Positions 53,517-64,000 of a DNA stretch of 64,000 nucleotides are shown here, piece after piece. The DNA is from Anaeromyxobacter sp. (GTDB lineage: Bacteria > Myxococcota > Myxococcia > Myxococcales > Anaeromyxobacteraceae), in contig JASGJN010000014.1 in the NCBI GenBank assembly GCA_049840735.1, forward strand, positions 128,001 through 192,000. The letters are read 5' to 3'. Every line of letters starts with the position of its first letter. Position 1 is the first letter of the stretch. The notes beneath the pieces are model-generated. The model saw only the letters and a list, made by a program, of their open reading frames with translations. It made no database searches and was not told where the DNA came from. Both the position numbers and the translations under genes were made by a program.

Positions 53517-53957
53517 ATGGTACGTGCGATCCGGATCAAGCTGGCCCTCGCGCTCGCCCCCCTTCTGCTGGCCGCAGCCTGCCAGAAGCCGGACGTCGGC
53601 GCTCGCTGCAAGCTCGCGTGGAACCAGAACTGGGAGCAGGAAGGCACGCTCCCGCCCCCCACGCCCACCACCGCCGCCGGGGACTACTTCGAGTCCGGCA
53701 ACATCGGCTGTGACGACCTGGTCTGCATCGTCTCGCCCGCCGAGGCCGGCTCCAAGTACGGCGACTGCTCCGGCGACAGCTGCGGCTACTGCTCCAAGCC
53801 GTGCGTCTCGGACAAGGACTGCTACAAGTCCGAGACGGGCCTGGTCTGCGACTACATCCTGCCCGACCCGGCCTTCGTGGCGGGGCTGGACGAGGAGACG
53901 CGGGCCCGGTACCTGGCCGACATCGAGGCCACCCGCTACTGCGTCGTGCCGCGGTGA
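53517..53957 (+). CDS. gltK: Cys-rich gliding lipoprotein GltK/CglC
   Basis: Lipobox AAA-C; CDDLVC, GYCSKPC, C-terminal RYC; divergent from gltB. Confidence 0.8.
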   Translation: MVRAIRIKLALALAPLLLAAACQKPDVGARCKLAWNQNWEQEGTLPPPTPTTAAGDYFESGNIGCDDLVCIVSPAEAGSKYGDCSGDSCGYCSKPCVSDKDCYKSETGLVCDYILPDPAFVAGLDEETRARYLADIEATRYCVVPR

Positions 53958-54424
53958 TCGCGCCGCGCCGCGGCGCCGCTGCGGTCCTGCTGCTCCTCGC
54001 CTCCTGCGCCAGCTCGGGTCCGGCCGAGCCGGTGGAGCCGCTGCAACGCGGCAAGGTGACCATCACCACCGCGGCCGGCCAGGTCCACACCGTCTCCGTC
54101 GAGATCGCGCGCACCCCCGCCCAGCGCGCCCGCGGCCTCATGTTCCGCACCCGGCTGGAACGGGACGCGGGCATGATCTTCCTCTTCGAGGCCAGCGAGC
54201 CGCACGGATTCTGGATGAAGAACACCCTCATCCCGCTCGACCTGGTCTACCTGTCCGAGGACGGCCACATCCTGGCCATCGTCGAGAAGGCCGAGCCGGG
54301 GTCGCTCACCGCCCGCGATGGGGGCGTGGACAGCCGCTACGTGCTCGAGGTGAACGGCGGCTGGTGCAAGGCCAGCGGCGTCGGCGTCGGGGACCGGGCG
54401 AGGTTCGAGGGCGTGCTGTTCTGA
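53954..54424 (+). CDS. DUF192 family lipoprotein
   Basis: RARGLMFR, GMIFLF, FWMKNTLIPLD, YVLEVNGG. Confidence 0.92.
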   Translation: MIAPRRGAAAVLLLLASCASSGPAEPVEPLQRGKVTITTAAGQVHTVSVEIARTPAQRARGLMFRTRLERDAGMIFLFEASEPHGFWMKNTLIPLDLVYLSEDGHILAIVEKAEPGSLTARDGGVDSRYVLEVNGGWCKASGVGVGDRARFEGVLF

Positions 54425-54539
54425 GCTGACAAGGCTGCGCGCTGCGCTGCCCCGGCGGACAGCGCGACCGTCTGCGGCGAGCAGGGGGCTGGCGGCCACA
54501 TGGCTCGGGTGCTCGGCCACCGAGGCCGCGACGAGCACG

Positions 54540-54612
54540 CCTTCGACTCCGCGGTGCATTCACCCGTTCGGGCTGAGCGCAGCGAGCCCGCAGGGCTCGC
54601 GGAGTCGAAGCC
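54540..54612. repeat. Inverted pair of REP-like elements (one partial) between convergent genes
   Basis: CCTTCGACTCCGCG at 54540 and a reverse-oriented full copy at ~54565-54612. Confidence 0.8.
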
Positions 54613-54632
54613 CAGGGCTCGGGTCGAGGGCC

Positions 54633-54998
54633 TCAGCCCTTCCTGAGCAGCTTCCTCGCCACCAGCGGCCCCAGGCTCTCCTGCATCAGGGCCTCCACGG
54701 TGGACTCGAACTCGGCCCGGCTCGCCTCGTCGCTCCAGACGAAGCGGATGCCCATGCCGGCCTCGTCCGGGCCGGCGCTGGCGTGCACCACCTCGCCGTT
54801 CAGCTCGAACGGCGTGGGGCGCCCCGGCACGGTGAGCCTGAACAGGAAGCGCGTGCCGATGGGCAGCGTCTTCTTCGACTTGATGAAGGTGCCGCCCTTC
54901 GAGATGTTCTTCGTGTAGTCGGCGAAGAAGCTGTTGAGCTTCTTGTAGTCGACCTTCAGGTTGATGGGCGCGCGGCCGTGCTCCCGGTTCTCCGGCAT
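54633..54998 (-). CDS. Stand-alone PilZ domain protein (myxobacterial TIGR02266 type)
   Basis: RxxxR (REHGR) and NISKGG motifs; GMGIRF. Confidence 0.9.
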   Translation of the reverse strand: MPENREHGRAPINLKVDYKKLNSFFADYTKNISKGGTFIKSKKTLPIGTRFLFRLTVPGRPTPFELNGEVVHASAGPDEAGMGIRFVWSDEASRAEFESTVEALMQESLGPLVARKLLRKG

Positions 54999-55075
54999 CG
55001 GCGGGCATGTTATCCCGTCGCCCTCGGCAGCGGGTAGTTCCCCCCGGTTTCCGATATCGCCCGAGGCGCCCCACC

Positions 55076-57295
55076 TTGCTCGAGACCGCCCGCTCGCTCG
55101 CCCGCCGCCGCGCCGTCCGGGTCGCCGCCGCGGCGCTGGTCGTGGCGGGGCTGGCGGCGGGCGGGCTGCCCTTGCTGGAGGTCCCCGGCTTCGAGCTGGC
55201 CGAGCTGGGCGCGCTGCTGTCGGCCCTGGTGCTCTCGCCCTGGCTCGGCCTGGCCGCGGCGCGGCTGGAGCTGGCGCGCCCCGCGCCGGCGCGCCCTTCG
55301 CCCTGGGCCGCCTGGGGGGCCGCCGCCGCGGTCAGCGCGGCGCTGCTGCTGGCGCTGCTGGCCGGGGCCGCGGCGCGCGCGATGGGGGGCCCCTGCGATC
55401 CGTTCCTCTCCGTCGGCTTCTTCCCGGCGCTGGCCCTCCCCTCCGCGCTGCTCGGCACCGCGCTGGCGGTGGCGCTGGGCTTCGCGGCCCGGGGCCGGAC
55501 CGGGCGCGCCGCGGCCGGCTACGCGCTGGTGGTGCTGCTCGCGCTGGCGGGGCGCGCGGCCGAGGCGTGGTGGGGGCCGGCCGCCTCGGCGCTGGATCCG
55601 CTGCTGGGCTACTGGCCCGGGCCGCTCTACGACGAGGGCGTGCCGCTCGACGCGCCGCTCCTGGCGGCGCGCGCCGCGGCGGTGGGCTGGGCGCTGGCCT
55701 GGGCCGGGGCGGCCGCGGCGCTGCAGGGCGCCGGCGCGGCCCGGCGGCGCGCCGCGCTCCTGGCGCTCATGGGGCTCTGCGCCGGCGCGCTGCTGAGCCT
55801 CCCGGCGCGCGCGCTGCCGGGGCAGGACCGCCGCGCGGCCCTGGCGGCGGCGCTGGGCGGGCTGCGCGAGGGGCCGCGCTGCACCGTCCACTTCCCGGCC
55901 GAGAAGCCCGACGCCGCGGCCGACGCGCTGCTGGCCGAGTGCGAGTTCCACGTGGCCGACGTGGCGGCGCGGCTGGGGATCGCCTCGCCGCCGCGCGTGA
56001 CGGTCTGGGTCCACCGCAGCGCGGCCGAGAAGCGGACCTGGGTGGGCGCGTCGGACACCGACTACGCCAAGCCCTGGCTGCACGAGCTGCACCTCCGCGA
56101 CGCCCCGGTCCCCCACCCCGTGCTGCGCCACGAGGTGGTCCACGCGGTGGCGGCGGCGCTGCCGCCCGGCCCGCTGCACGTGCCGGCGCGCGCGCGGGTC
56201 TGGCCGGCCATGGTGCTGGTGGAGGGGCTGGCGGTGGCGCTGGAGACGCCGCGCGGCGCCTGGACGGTCCACGAGTGGTCGCGCACCGCGCGCGACCTGG
56301 GCTACCTGCCCGACCTGACCCGCGCGCTGGGGCCGACCGGCTTCTGGTCGGTGGCGCCGGCCCGCGCCTACACCGCGGCCGGCAGCTTCCTGGCCTGGGC
56401 GCTGCAGCGGTACGGGCCGGGGCCGGTGGCCGAGGCCTACCGGACCGGCGATTTGGCCGGCGCGCTGGGCCGCCCGCTGCCGGCGCTGGTGGCCGAGTGG
56501 CAGGCCTTCCTGGACGGCGTGCCGGCGCCGGAGGCGCTGCGGGCCACCGCCCGGGCGCGCCTCTCGCGCGCCAGCCTCTTCGAGCGCCGCTGCGTGCGCG
56601 AGGCGGCGGCGGTGGGCGCGGCGGCGGCGGCCGCCGCCGGGGCCGGGCGCACGGCCGAGGCCTGCGCGCTCTACGACCGCGAGGCGGCGCTGACCGGCTC
56701 GCCCTGGGCGGTGAAGGCCCGCGGCGACGTGCTGGCCAGGGCCGGCGACGCCGCCGGGGCGCGGGCCGCCTGGGCCGAGGCGCAGGCGCTGGCCGGGGAC
56801 GAGCCCTCCGCGAGCGGCGCGCTGGCCACCGCCGAGGGGGACCTGGCCTGGCGCGCCGGGGATCGCGAGGCGGCGGCGGCCGCCTGGCGCCGCGCGCAGG
56901 CCCAGGGCCCGGACCGGCCCGACGCCCGGGCGCTGGAGGCGCGGCTGGCGGCCGCCGCGGATCCGGCGCTGGAGCCGGCCGCCCGGGACTACCTGCTGGG
57001 CGGGGGCGAGCTGGCGCTGGCGCGGGTGGCGCGCCTGGACCGGCCGCTCCCGGCCTACCTGCTGGGCCGGGCGCTGGCCGCCCGCGGCGAGCGGGCCGCG
57101 GCCGCCGCCGAGCTGGCGCGCGCGGTGGCCGGCCCGCTCCCGCCCGCGCTGGCGGTGGAGGCGCGGCTCCTGCTGGCCGAGACCCGCTGCCCGGCGGAGG
57201 GGCCGGACCTGGCCGGCGCGGCATTCACCGCGGGTGACCGGGCCCGGCTGGACGCGGCCGCGCGCCGCTGCGCGTTCGAGGCGGCGGGGCGCTGA
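55076..57295 (+). CDS. Membrane protein with a gluzincin-like HExxH domain and helical repeats (start uncertain)
   Basis: Several TM segments; LRHEVVHAV...VEGLAVA. Confidence 0.7.
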   Translation: MLETARSLARRRAVRVAAAALVVAGLAAGGLPLLEVPGFELAELGALLSALVLSPWLGLAAARLELARPAPARPSPWAAWGAAAAVSAALLLALLAGAAARAMGGPCDPFLSVGFFPALALPSALLGTALAVALGFAARGRTGRAAAGYALVVLLALAGRAAEAWWGPAASALDPLLGYWPGPLYDEGVPLDAPLLAARAAAVGWALAWAGAAAALQGAGAARRRAALLALMGLCAGALLSLPARALPGQDRRAALAAALGGLREGPRCTVHFPAEKPDAAADALLAECEFHVADVAARLGIASPPRVTVWVHRSAAEKRTWVGASDTDYAKPWLHELHLRDAPVPHPVLRHEVVHAVAAALPPGPLHVPARARVWPAMVLVEGLAVALETPRGAWTVHEWSRTARDLGYLPDLTRALGPTGFWSVAPARAYTAAGSFLAWALQRYGPGPVAEAYRTGDLAGALGRPLPALVAEWQAFLDGVPAPEALRATARARLSRASLFERRCVREAAAVGAAAAAAAGAGRTAEACALYDREAALTGSPWAVKARGDVLARAGDAAGARAAWAEAQALAGDEPSASGALATAEGDLAWRAGDREAAAAAWRRAQAQGPDRPDARALEARLAAAADPALEPAARDYLLGGGELALARVARLDRPLPAYLLGRALAARGERAAAAAELARAVAGPLPPALAVEARLLLAETRCPAEGPDLAGAAFTAGDRARLDAAARRCAFEAAGR

Positions 57296-57331
57296 GCGGC
57301 GGGGCGCGGCGGGGGTGCAGCCCCCGTGCGA

Positions 57332-57791
57332 TCACCCATGCCCGCGGATCCGGTCGATGGCCGCCTTGGGGTTGCGCACCCCGTTCCGCAGCAGCCACCA
57401 GGCCACCTTGGCCCCGCCGGCCGCCAGCACGCCCAGGTAGCCGTGCGTGATGAGCCGGCCGGTGGAGGCGCCGATCCGCACCCGCACCTTGTGGGCCGGA
57501 TCGCGGTCGCGGATGAGCTGGAAGAAGGCCACCCCGAACTCGCCCAGATCGTCCGACTCGAGGCTGGTGATGCGCCGGACCGCGCCGTCCGGGAGCTGCA
57601 GGGTGAAGTCGGGATCCGGGTCGGCGCCCTCCTCCAGGTGCGGACTCCCGGACGCCATCGTGAAGCGGGCCGGGCCCGCGTCCAGGGCCAGGTTCACCCG
57701 CGCCCCCTTGCCCAGCGGGCGGGTCGCCTTGCGGGCGGCGGGGGCGGTTCTCGAAGAAGCGCCTCAGGGCCTCGAAGCTCTCGCTCGGCAT
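57332..57791 (-). CDS. SCP2-like hypothetical protein; +1 frameshift near 57749
   Basis: Removing one base gives MPSESFEALRRFFETAPAARKAT joined to the 57332-57697 ORF; PDPDFTL motif. Confidence 0.65.
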
Positions 57792-57902
57792 CCAGGGCCA
57801 AATGTAGTCCAGCCGCCGTCCCGCGTGAGCCCCCGAGGGAGGCGGCGCCGCCGCCGGCGCGAATCCGTTGACCGTGGGGGGCGTCCGGGCCACAGTCCGC
57901 GG

Positions 57903-58373
57903 ATGAACCTCCGCCTCGCCCCGCTCGCGCTCCTCCTGGCCCTGGCCGCCTGCACCCCGCGGAACATCCCCGGGACCGAGATCCCCGAGAGCCCGGACAC
58001 GGTGGCCATCGCCCAGCTGCTGGCCGCGTACCGGACCGCGCTGGAGAAGCTGGACGCCCCGGGCGTGCTGGCCCTGGCCGCGCCGGACTACTACGACATC
58101 GCCGGCACCCCGGACCCGAGCGACGACGTGGACTACACCCGGCTGCAGCAGCGGCTCCCGGCCGACCTGGCCGCCATCGACTCGATGCAGCTCGACTTCA
58201 CGCTGCGGAAGATCGACGTCCAGGGCGATCGCGCCACCGCCGAGGTCTACTTCGAGAGCAACTACCGGGTGAAGACGCCCAGCGGCGCCACCGTCCCGCA
58301 CCGCGACGCCGACATGCACCGGCTGGCGCTGCGCCGGGTGGAGAACGCCTGGCGGATCACCTCGGGGCTGTGA
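57903..58373 (+). CDS. Lipoprotein, NTF2-like fold
   Basis: Lipobox LAA-C; VQGDRATAEV, WRITSGL. Confidence 0.75.
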   Translation: MNLRLAPLALLLALAACTPRNIPGTEIPESPDTVAIAQLLAAYRTALEKLDAPGVLALAAPDYYDIAGTPDPSDDVDYTRLQQRLPADLAAIDSMQLDFTLRKIDVQGDRATAEVYFESNYRVKTPSGATVPHRDADMHRLALRRVENAWRITSGL

Positions 58374-58383
58374 GGGCGGGGGC

Positions 58384-59352
58384 TCAGACCCCCACCAGCG
58401 CCCGGTACCCGCCCTCGCCCATGGCCCGCAGGGCCAGCAGCCGGTCGCGGTAGCGCTTCCAGTCCTTCCACGCCAGCCGGTCCGCGCCCAGCCCGGCGCG
58501 GTGGAAGGCGTGGATGCGCGAGGCGGTGAAGCGCAGCGCGGCGTAGCGCGCCCAGGGGTAGAGCGCGTCCGCCGTCTCCGGCTCGATCCGGTGGCGCGAG
58601 CGGTAGCCGCCCACCAGCGCCGCCACCCGCTGCGGCTCGTAGCGGTCGGAGTAGCACCAGGCGTTGATGGTGACGCCCAGGTCGTAGGCGAACGGGTCGA
58701 CGCAGCTCATCTCCCAGTCCAGCACCGCGCCCACGCGGTCGCCGATCCAGAGCACGTTGTCGACGAACAGGTCGCCGTGCACCAGGCCGCGCGGCGCGCC
58801 GGGCAGCCGGGGCGCAAGGGACAGCTCGTCCTCCAGCACCGGGAGGGCCGCCGCCACCTCGGGGTCGCCGTCGCCGTCCGGCCGCAGCGCCGCCACCCAG
58901 CGCTCCACGCGCGCCGGGCCGTAGGGGTTGGGGCGCTCGGCCGAGAAGCCGGAGGCCAGCTCGTGCATCCGGCCCAGCTGCTCGCCCACGCGCCGGCAGC
59001 GCTCCGGCCCCACGTCGGCGGCGGGCAGCTCCTCGCCGGGCGCGTAGGCGAAGAGCGACGCCGGCTTGCCGCGCACCATCACGAAGGGCCGGCCGTCCTC
59101 GGCGTCGCGCAGCGCCGGCACCGGGTACATGGCCGCGTGCAGGTAGCGCTGCACCTCGGCCTCGAAGCGGACGTCGGCCTCGTCCTTGCCCTCGTTGAGC
59201 CGCAGGAACCAGCGCTGGGCGCCGGTCCACACGTGGTAGTTGGTGTTGACGCTCCCCTTCGGCTCGGGGCGCACCTCGGTGGGCGCGGGCAGCCCGAACC
59301 GGCGCAGGGCGTCGGCGATCTCGTCGGCGGACAGGTCGGTGTACAGGGCCAT
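58384..59352 (-). CDS. thrB: Homoserine kinase type II
   Basis: MALYT, GSVNTNY, HGDLFVDN, LRFTASR, KD motifs. Confidence 0.88.
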   Translation of the reverse strand: MALYTDLSADEIADALRRFGLPAPTEVRPEPKGSVNTNYHVWTGAQRWFLRLNEGKDEADVRFEAEVQRYLHAAMYPVPALRDAEDGRPFVMVRGKPASLFAYAPGEELPAADVGPERCRRVGEQLGRMHELASGFSAERPNPYGPARVERWVAALRPDGDGDPEVAAALPVLEDELSLAPRLPGAPRGLVHGDLFVDNVLWIGDRVGAVLDWEMSCVDPFAYDLGVTINAWCYSDRYEPQRVAALVGGYRSRHRIEPETADALYPWARYAALRFTASRIHAFHRAGLGADRLAWKDWKRYRDRLLALRAMGEGGYRALVGV

Positions 59353-59357
59353 GGAAG

Positions 59358-59398
59358 GCTTCGACTCCGCGAGCCGGGGGCTCGCCACGCTCAGCCGG
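59358..59398 (+). repeat. REP-like element immediately upstream of thrB
   Basis: GCTTCGACTCCGCGAGCC...GGCTCGCCACGCTCAGCCGG. Confidence 0.8.
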
Positions 59399-59458
59399 CG
59401 CGCGCCGGGAGCCCAGAGGATACGCGGGAAGGTCGGCCCTCCAAAGCGGTTCCTGGCC

Positions 59459-59986
59459 TCAGGGCGCTTCGGCCGGCGCGTCCAGGGGCTCCGGCGCCGG
59501 CGGCCCCTGCAGCGCGTCGGCCAGCTCGATGGGCCGCCACTCCGCCGAGACCACCCGCCACTCCCCGTCCTCCAGCCGCAGGTCGCAGGAGAAGCGGTGG
59601 GCCGAGGCCTCGGACGGCACCAGCCGCGCAAGGCCGGTCCCGGCGGGCGCGCGGGAGAGCACGGCGTCCACGTTGGCCCGGGCGCGCTCCCCGTCCACCT
59701 GCACCTCCGCGCCGGCGATGGTCACCGAGACCCAGCCGGCGCGGAGCACCTCCAGCGTCACGATGCCGCGGGCCTGCTCGCGATCGAGACCGCGCTGCCC
59801 GCGGAAGCCGGCCGAGAGCAGCTCCACCACCCCGGCCGGCCGGCGCTCCTCCGCAGCGGTGGCCGCGGCCGCGAAGGCGGCCCGGATCCGCTCCTCCTCG
59901 CTCGGCGCAGGCGCGGTCAGCCGCCACAAGCCGTAGCACGCCCCCGCCAGCAACAGCCCTCCCAGGACCAGCTTCATTCCGCGCAT
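59459..59986 (-). CDS. Membrane-anchored NTF2-like hypothetical protein
   Basis: N-terminal hydrophobic segment; LRLEDGEWRVVSAEW. Confidence 0.7.
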   Translation of the reverse strand: MRGMKLVLGGLLLAGACYGLWRLTAPAPSEEERIRAAFAAAATAAEERRPAGVVELLSAGFRGQRGLDREQARGIVTLEVLRAGWVSVTIAGAEVQVDGERARANVDAVLSRAPAGTGLARLVPSEASAHRFSCDLRLEDGEWRVVSAEWRPIELADALQGPPAPEPLDAPAEAP

Positions 59987-60124
59987 CGCGCCTCCACTCC
60001 CCGCCGGGCGTGCGACCCGTCGCCCGGTGGCCTTCGGCTGGCCCGCGCTCCGGCCCGCCGGTTAGATTCCGGAGCGCGCCGTGCGCCGCCCCCAGCGGGG
60101 GAGAACGAAAGTAGACTGCAGGCC

Positions 60125-60949
60125 GTGAGCCGGGACAAGAAGGACCACATCGCGCTCTCCGACGAGCACAACTCGCGGGGGATCGAGCTGGCCGATCGCG
60201 GCTGGCTCGACGAGGCCATCAACGAGTTCCAGAAGGCCATCGAGCTGGATCCCGGCTCGGCGCACGCGCACGACAACCTCGCCACCGTCTTCTCCGAGAA
60301 GAAGCGCTACCGCGAGGCGCTGCGCGAGTACCTCACCGCGCTGCAGCTGGAGCCCGACAGCGCCACCGCCCACTACAACCTGGCCTGCTTCCTCGCCAGC
60401 CACGGGGCGGACATGGCGGCCGCCGAGTACCGCGACGCGCTGGCGCTCGAACCGGAGTACCCGGACGCCCACCTGAACCTGGGGCTGACGCTGGCGGATC
60501 AAGGCAAGGACGACGAGGCCCGGCGCGAGCTGGAGGCGGCCATCGCGCAGGAGCCCAAGGACCCGTTCCCGCGCCACGAGCTGGCCGCGCTGCAGATGGA
60601 CGAGGGCGACTACCGCAGCGCCATCGGCCAGCTCAAGGAGGTGGTCCGGCTCGAGCCGGCCAACTTCGAGGGCCACCTGGACCTGGGCATCTGCTACGCG
60701 CAGAAGGGCTTCTTCGCCGAGGCCGAGCGCGCCTACGCCCGCGCCGCCGAGCTGCAGCCGGAGGACCTGCTGCTCAACTACAACGTGGCGGCGCTCTACG
60801 CGCTCTGGGCGCGTCCGCCCGAGGCGCTGGCCGCGCTCCGCAAGGCGCTGGCCGCCGACGCCGCCAAGGTGCGCGGCTGGCTGCAGTCCGACCCGATGTT
60901 CGACGGGCTCAAGCAGCACGCCGAGTTCGAGGCCCTGCTGGGCGGGTAG
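60125..60949 (+). CDS. TPR protein
   Basis: Canonical TPR repeats (AHDNLA, AHYNLA, AHLNLG); GTG start. Confidence 0.88.
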   Translation: MSRDKKDHIALSDEHNSRGIELADRGWLDEAINEFQKAIELDPGSAHAHDNLATVFSEKKRYREALREYLTALQLEPDSATAHYNLACFLASHGADMAAAEYRDALALEPEYPDAHLNLGLTLADQGKDDEARRELEAAIAQEPKDPFPRHELAALQMDEGDYRSAIGQLKEVVRLEPANFEGHLDLGICYAQKGFFAEAERAYARAAELQPEDLLLNYNVAALYALWARPPEALAALRKALAADAAKVRGWLQSDPMFDGLKQHAEFEALLGG

Positions 60950-61103
60950 CGCTCCCGCGCTCCATCCCGGCCTCCCTCGCCCACGACGCACGCCGTCACG
61001 ACGCCGCGTCACAGCCCTTGCGGAGCGTGCGGTCACCCCGGGAGTTCCACCCGCGGCGAGATGTGCGTTTCGCTGCGCCCGGCCGTTTCTGTAGCCTCGG
61101 CGC

Positions 61104-62768
<1,665 letters not shown>

Positions 62769-62796
62769 GCGGACCGGCGGGCCGGCCTCACGCTGC

Positions 62797-62903
62797 CCTT
62801 CGACTCCGCCGCGGCGGCGCCGCGGCTACGCTCAGGGCGAACGGTCCTTCCGCACCGTTCGGGCTGAGCGTAGCGAGCCCGCAGGGCTCGCGGAGTCGAA
62901 GCC
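62797..62903. repeat. Inverted doublet of REP-like elements between convergent genes
   Basis: Forward copy 62797-62844 and reverse copy ~62855-62903. Confidence 0.88.
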
Positions 62904-62966
62904 CAGGACACCTGGGCGGCGTTGGGCCCCGGGGGCGTGGGGAAGGAAGTCCGCCTGCCGCACCGC

Positions 62967-63524
62967 TCAATGCAGCGTGAACTTCCCGTCCTCGCCGCGG
63001 CGGAGCTGCGTGAGCGGGTTGGTGTCCTCGGGCAGGTCGATGGCGTCCGGGCGGCTGCGGTAGTCGTGGGCCACGCGGTGGTCGCCGTCCAGGTGGCGGG
63101 AGATGGCGTCGTCGAGGTCCTCCTCGGAGGCCAGCACCGGCCGCACCCGCAGCCCCGTGGCGAAGGCCAGCTCGTCCAGCAGCGCCAGGTCGGCCGGGTC
63201 GGTCACCGCCACCACCACCGAGCCGCGCCGGTTCTCCAGCGCCTGCGCCAGCGGCAGCACCTTGCGGAGCCGCATCAGCTTCTGCGGCACGAGCCCGATC
63301 ACCTCGGAGGGCACCGCCGCCTCGCGGACGTTGGCCACCGGGACGCCCAGCTGCCGCCCCAGCGTGGAGAGGAACGCCGCCTCGTCCAGGAAGCCCAGGT
63401 GCACGATGGCGCGGCCGAGCCGGCCGCCCCAGCGGCGCTGGTGCGCCAGCGCGCTCTCCAGCTGCACCGGGTCCAGCACGCCTTCCTGCACCAACATCTC
63501 GCCGATCCGCTGACGCGCCATCAT
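62967..63524 (-). CDS. Stand-alone MshEN (GspE/PilB N-terminal) domain protein
   Basis: Tandem RIGEMLVQEGVL..LESALAHQ / RLGRAIVHLGFL..LGRQ motifs; no ATPase domain. Confidence 0.85.
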   Translation of the reverse strand: MMARQRIGEMLVQEGVLDPVQLESALAHQRRWGGRLGRAIVHLGFLDEAAFLSTLGRQLGVPVANVREAAVPSEVIGLVPQKLMRLRKVLPLAQALENRRGSVVVAVTDPADLALLDELAFATGLRVRPVLASEEDLDDAISRHLDGDHRVAHDYRSRPDAIDLPEDTNPLTQLRRGEDGKFTLH

Positions 63525-63833
63525 TCGTCCCCTCCCGCACCCGCGCTGCAGTGCGAAGGACGTGCCGACCGGGCACCCGCGCGCACATGTGCGGTGAGGG
63601 CGCCCAAGCAGCGATATTGACTGGATGTGGTCGGGAGTGCGAGCGCCGGCAACAGAACTTGACAGGGTGGGTTTTCGGCACGCCGCTGTGGCCGGTTACC
63701 CACCCTCTGCGACCCGGGATCTGTCCCTGCGCCAGGGGACGCGCGACGCTCGGTCCGGTCCGTGGGGGCGCTGAAGCGAGCCGGGGGCGCCAGCCGGCGC
63801 CCCCGCTCGAGACCCTGGGGTGTGCCCCCCGGC

Positions 63834-64000
63834 CTACTTCTTCTTCGACGGCTGCGGCTTGCGGACCTTGATGCCCAGCTCGGCCAGCTTGGTCCTGGCC
63901 TGGCCCGCCGCCTTGCTCTTGGGGAACTTCTGGATGAGCTCCTGGTAGACCTCGGGCGCGTCGGCCTTGAGGTCGTCCTGCTCCAGCATGGCGTTGCCCA
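63834..64000 (-). CDS. C-terminus of a CpoB/YbgF-like TPR protein (partial)
   Basis: VYQELIQKFPKSKAAGQARTKL ... KKK stop. Confidence 0.6.
   Translation of the reverse strand, partial: GNAMLEQDDLKADAPEVYQELIQKFPKSKAAGQARTKLAELGIKVRKPQPSKKK

Noticed and set aside
63660..63730. GEMM riboswitch upstream of the MshEN gene
   Set aside because: CAGCGGCGTGCCGAAA resembles the 3' end only; no recognisable first stem

Overview
Very GC-rich chromosome segment from a myxobacterium (gene content points to an Anaeromyxobacter-like organism; inference). Positions 1-~6690 are the right end of a phage-related element lying 3' of a tRNA-Pro(CGG) gene. It carries two virion ejection-type proteins, an intact large terminase, small regulators and att-like repeats, but no portal, capsid or integrase inside the window. 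The rest is host DNA: pepP, an M61 peptidase, a BTAD/AAA regulator, kdd, a small lipopeptide coupled to a diiron ferritin-like enzyme, hemerythrin, tRNA-Leu(UAA), ffh, a TMTC-like/GT4 glycosylation pair, a MEMO-like protein, a RelA-like TIGR04552-type protein, one contiguous gliding-motility cluster (gltK, B, A, C, D, E, F, G, H, I, J), PilZ, thrB, an FHA sigma54 activator and a stand-alone MshEN protein. A palindromic REP-like family (CTTCGAC...GCTCAG) occurs throughout: it forms two tandem arrays and one in-frame insertion inside a gene. Nine apparent frameshifts fall at GATC (seven) or GGTCTC (two), which suggests base-modification-linked sequencing errors rather than pseudogenes. All family assignments come from motif recognition; no database search was run.
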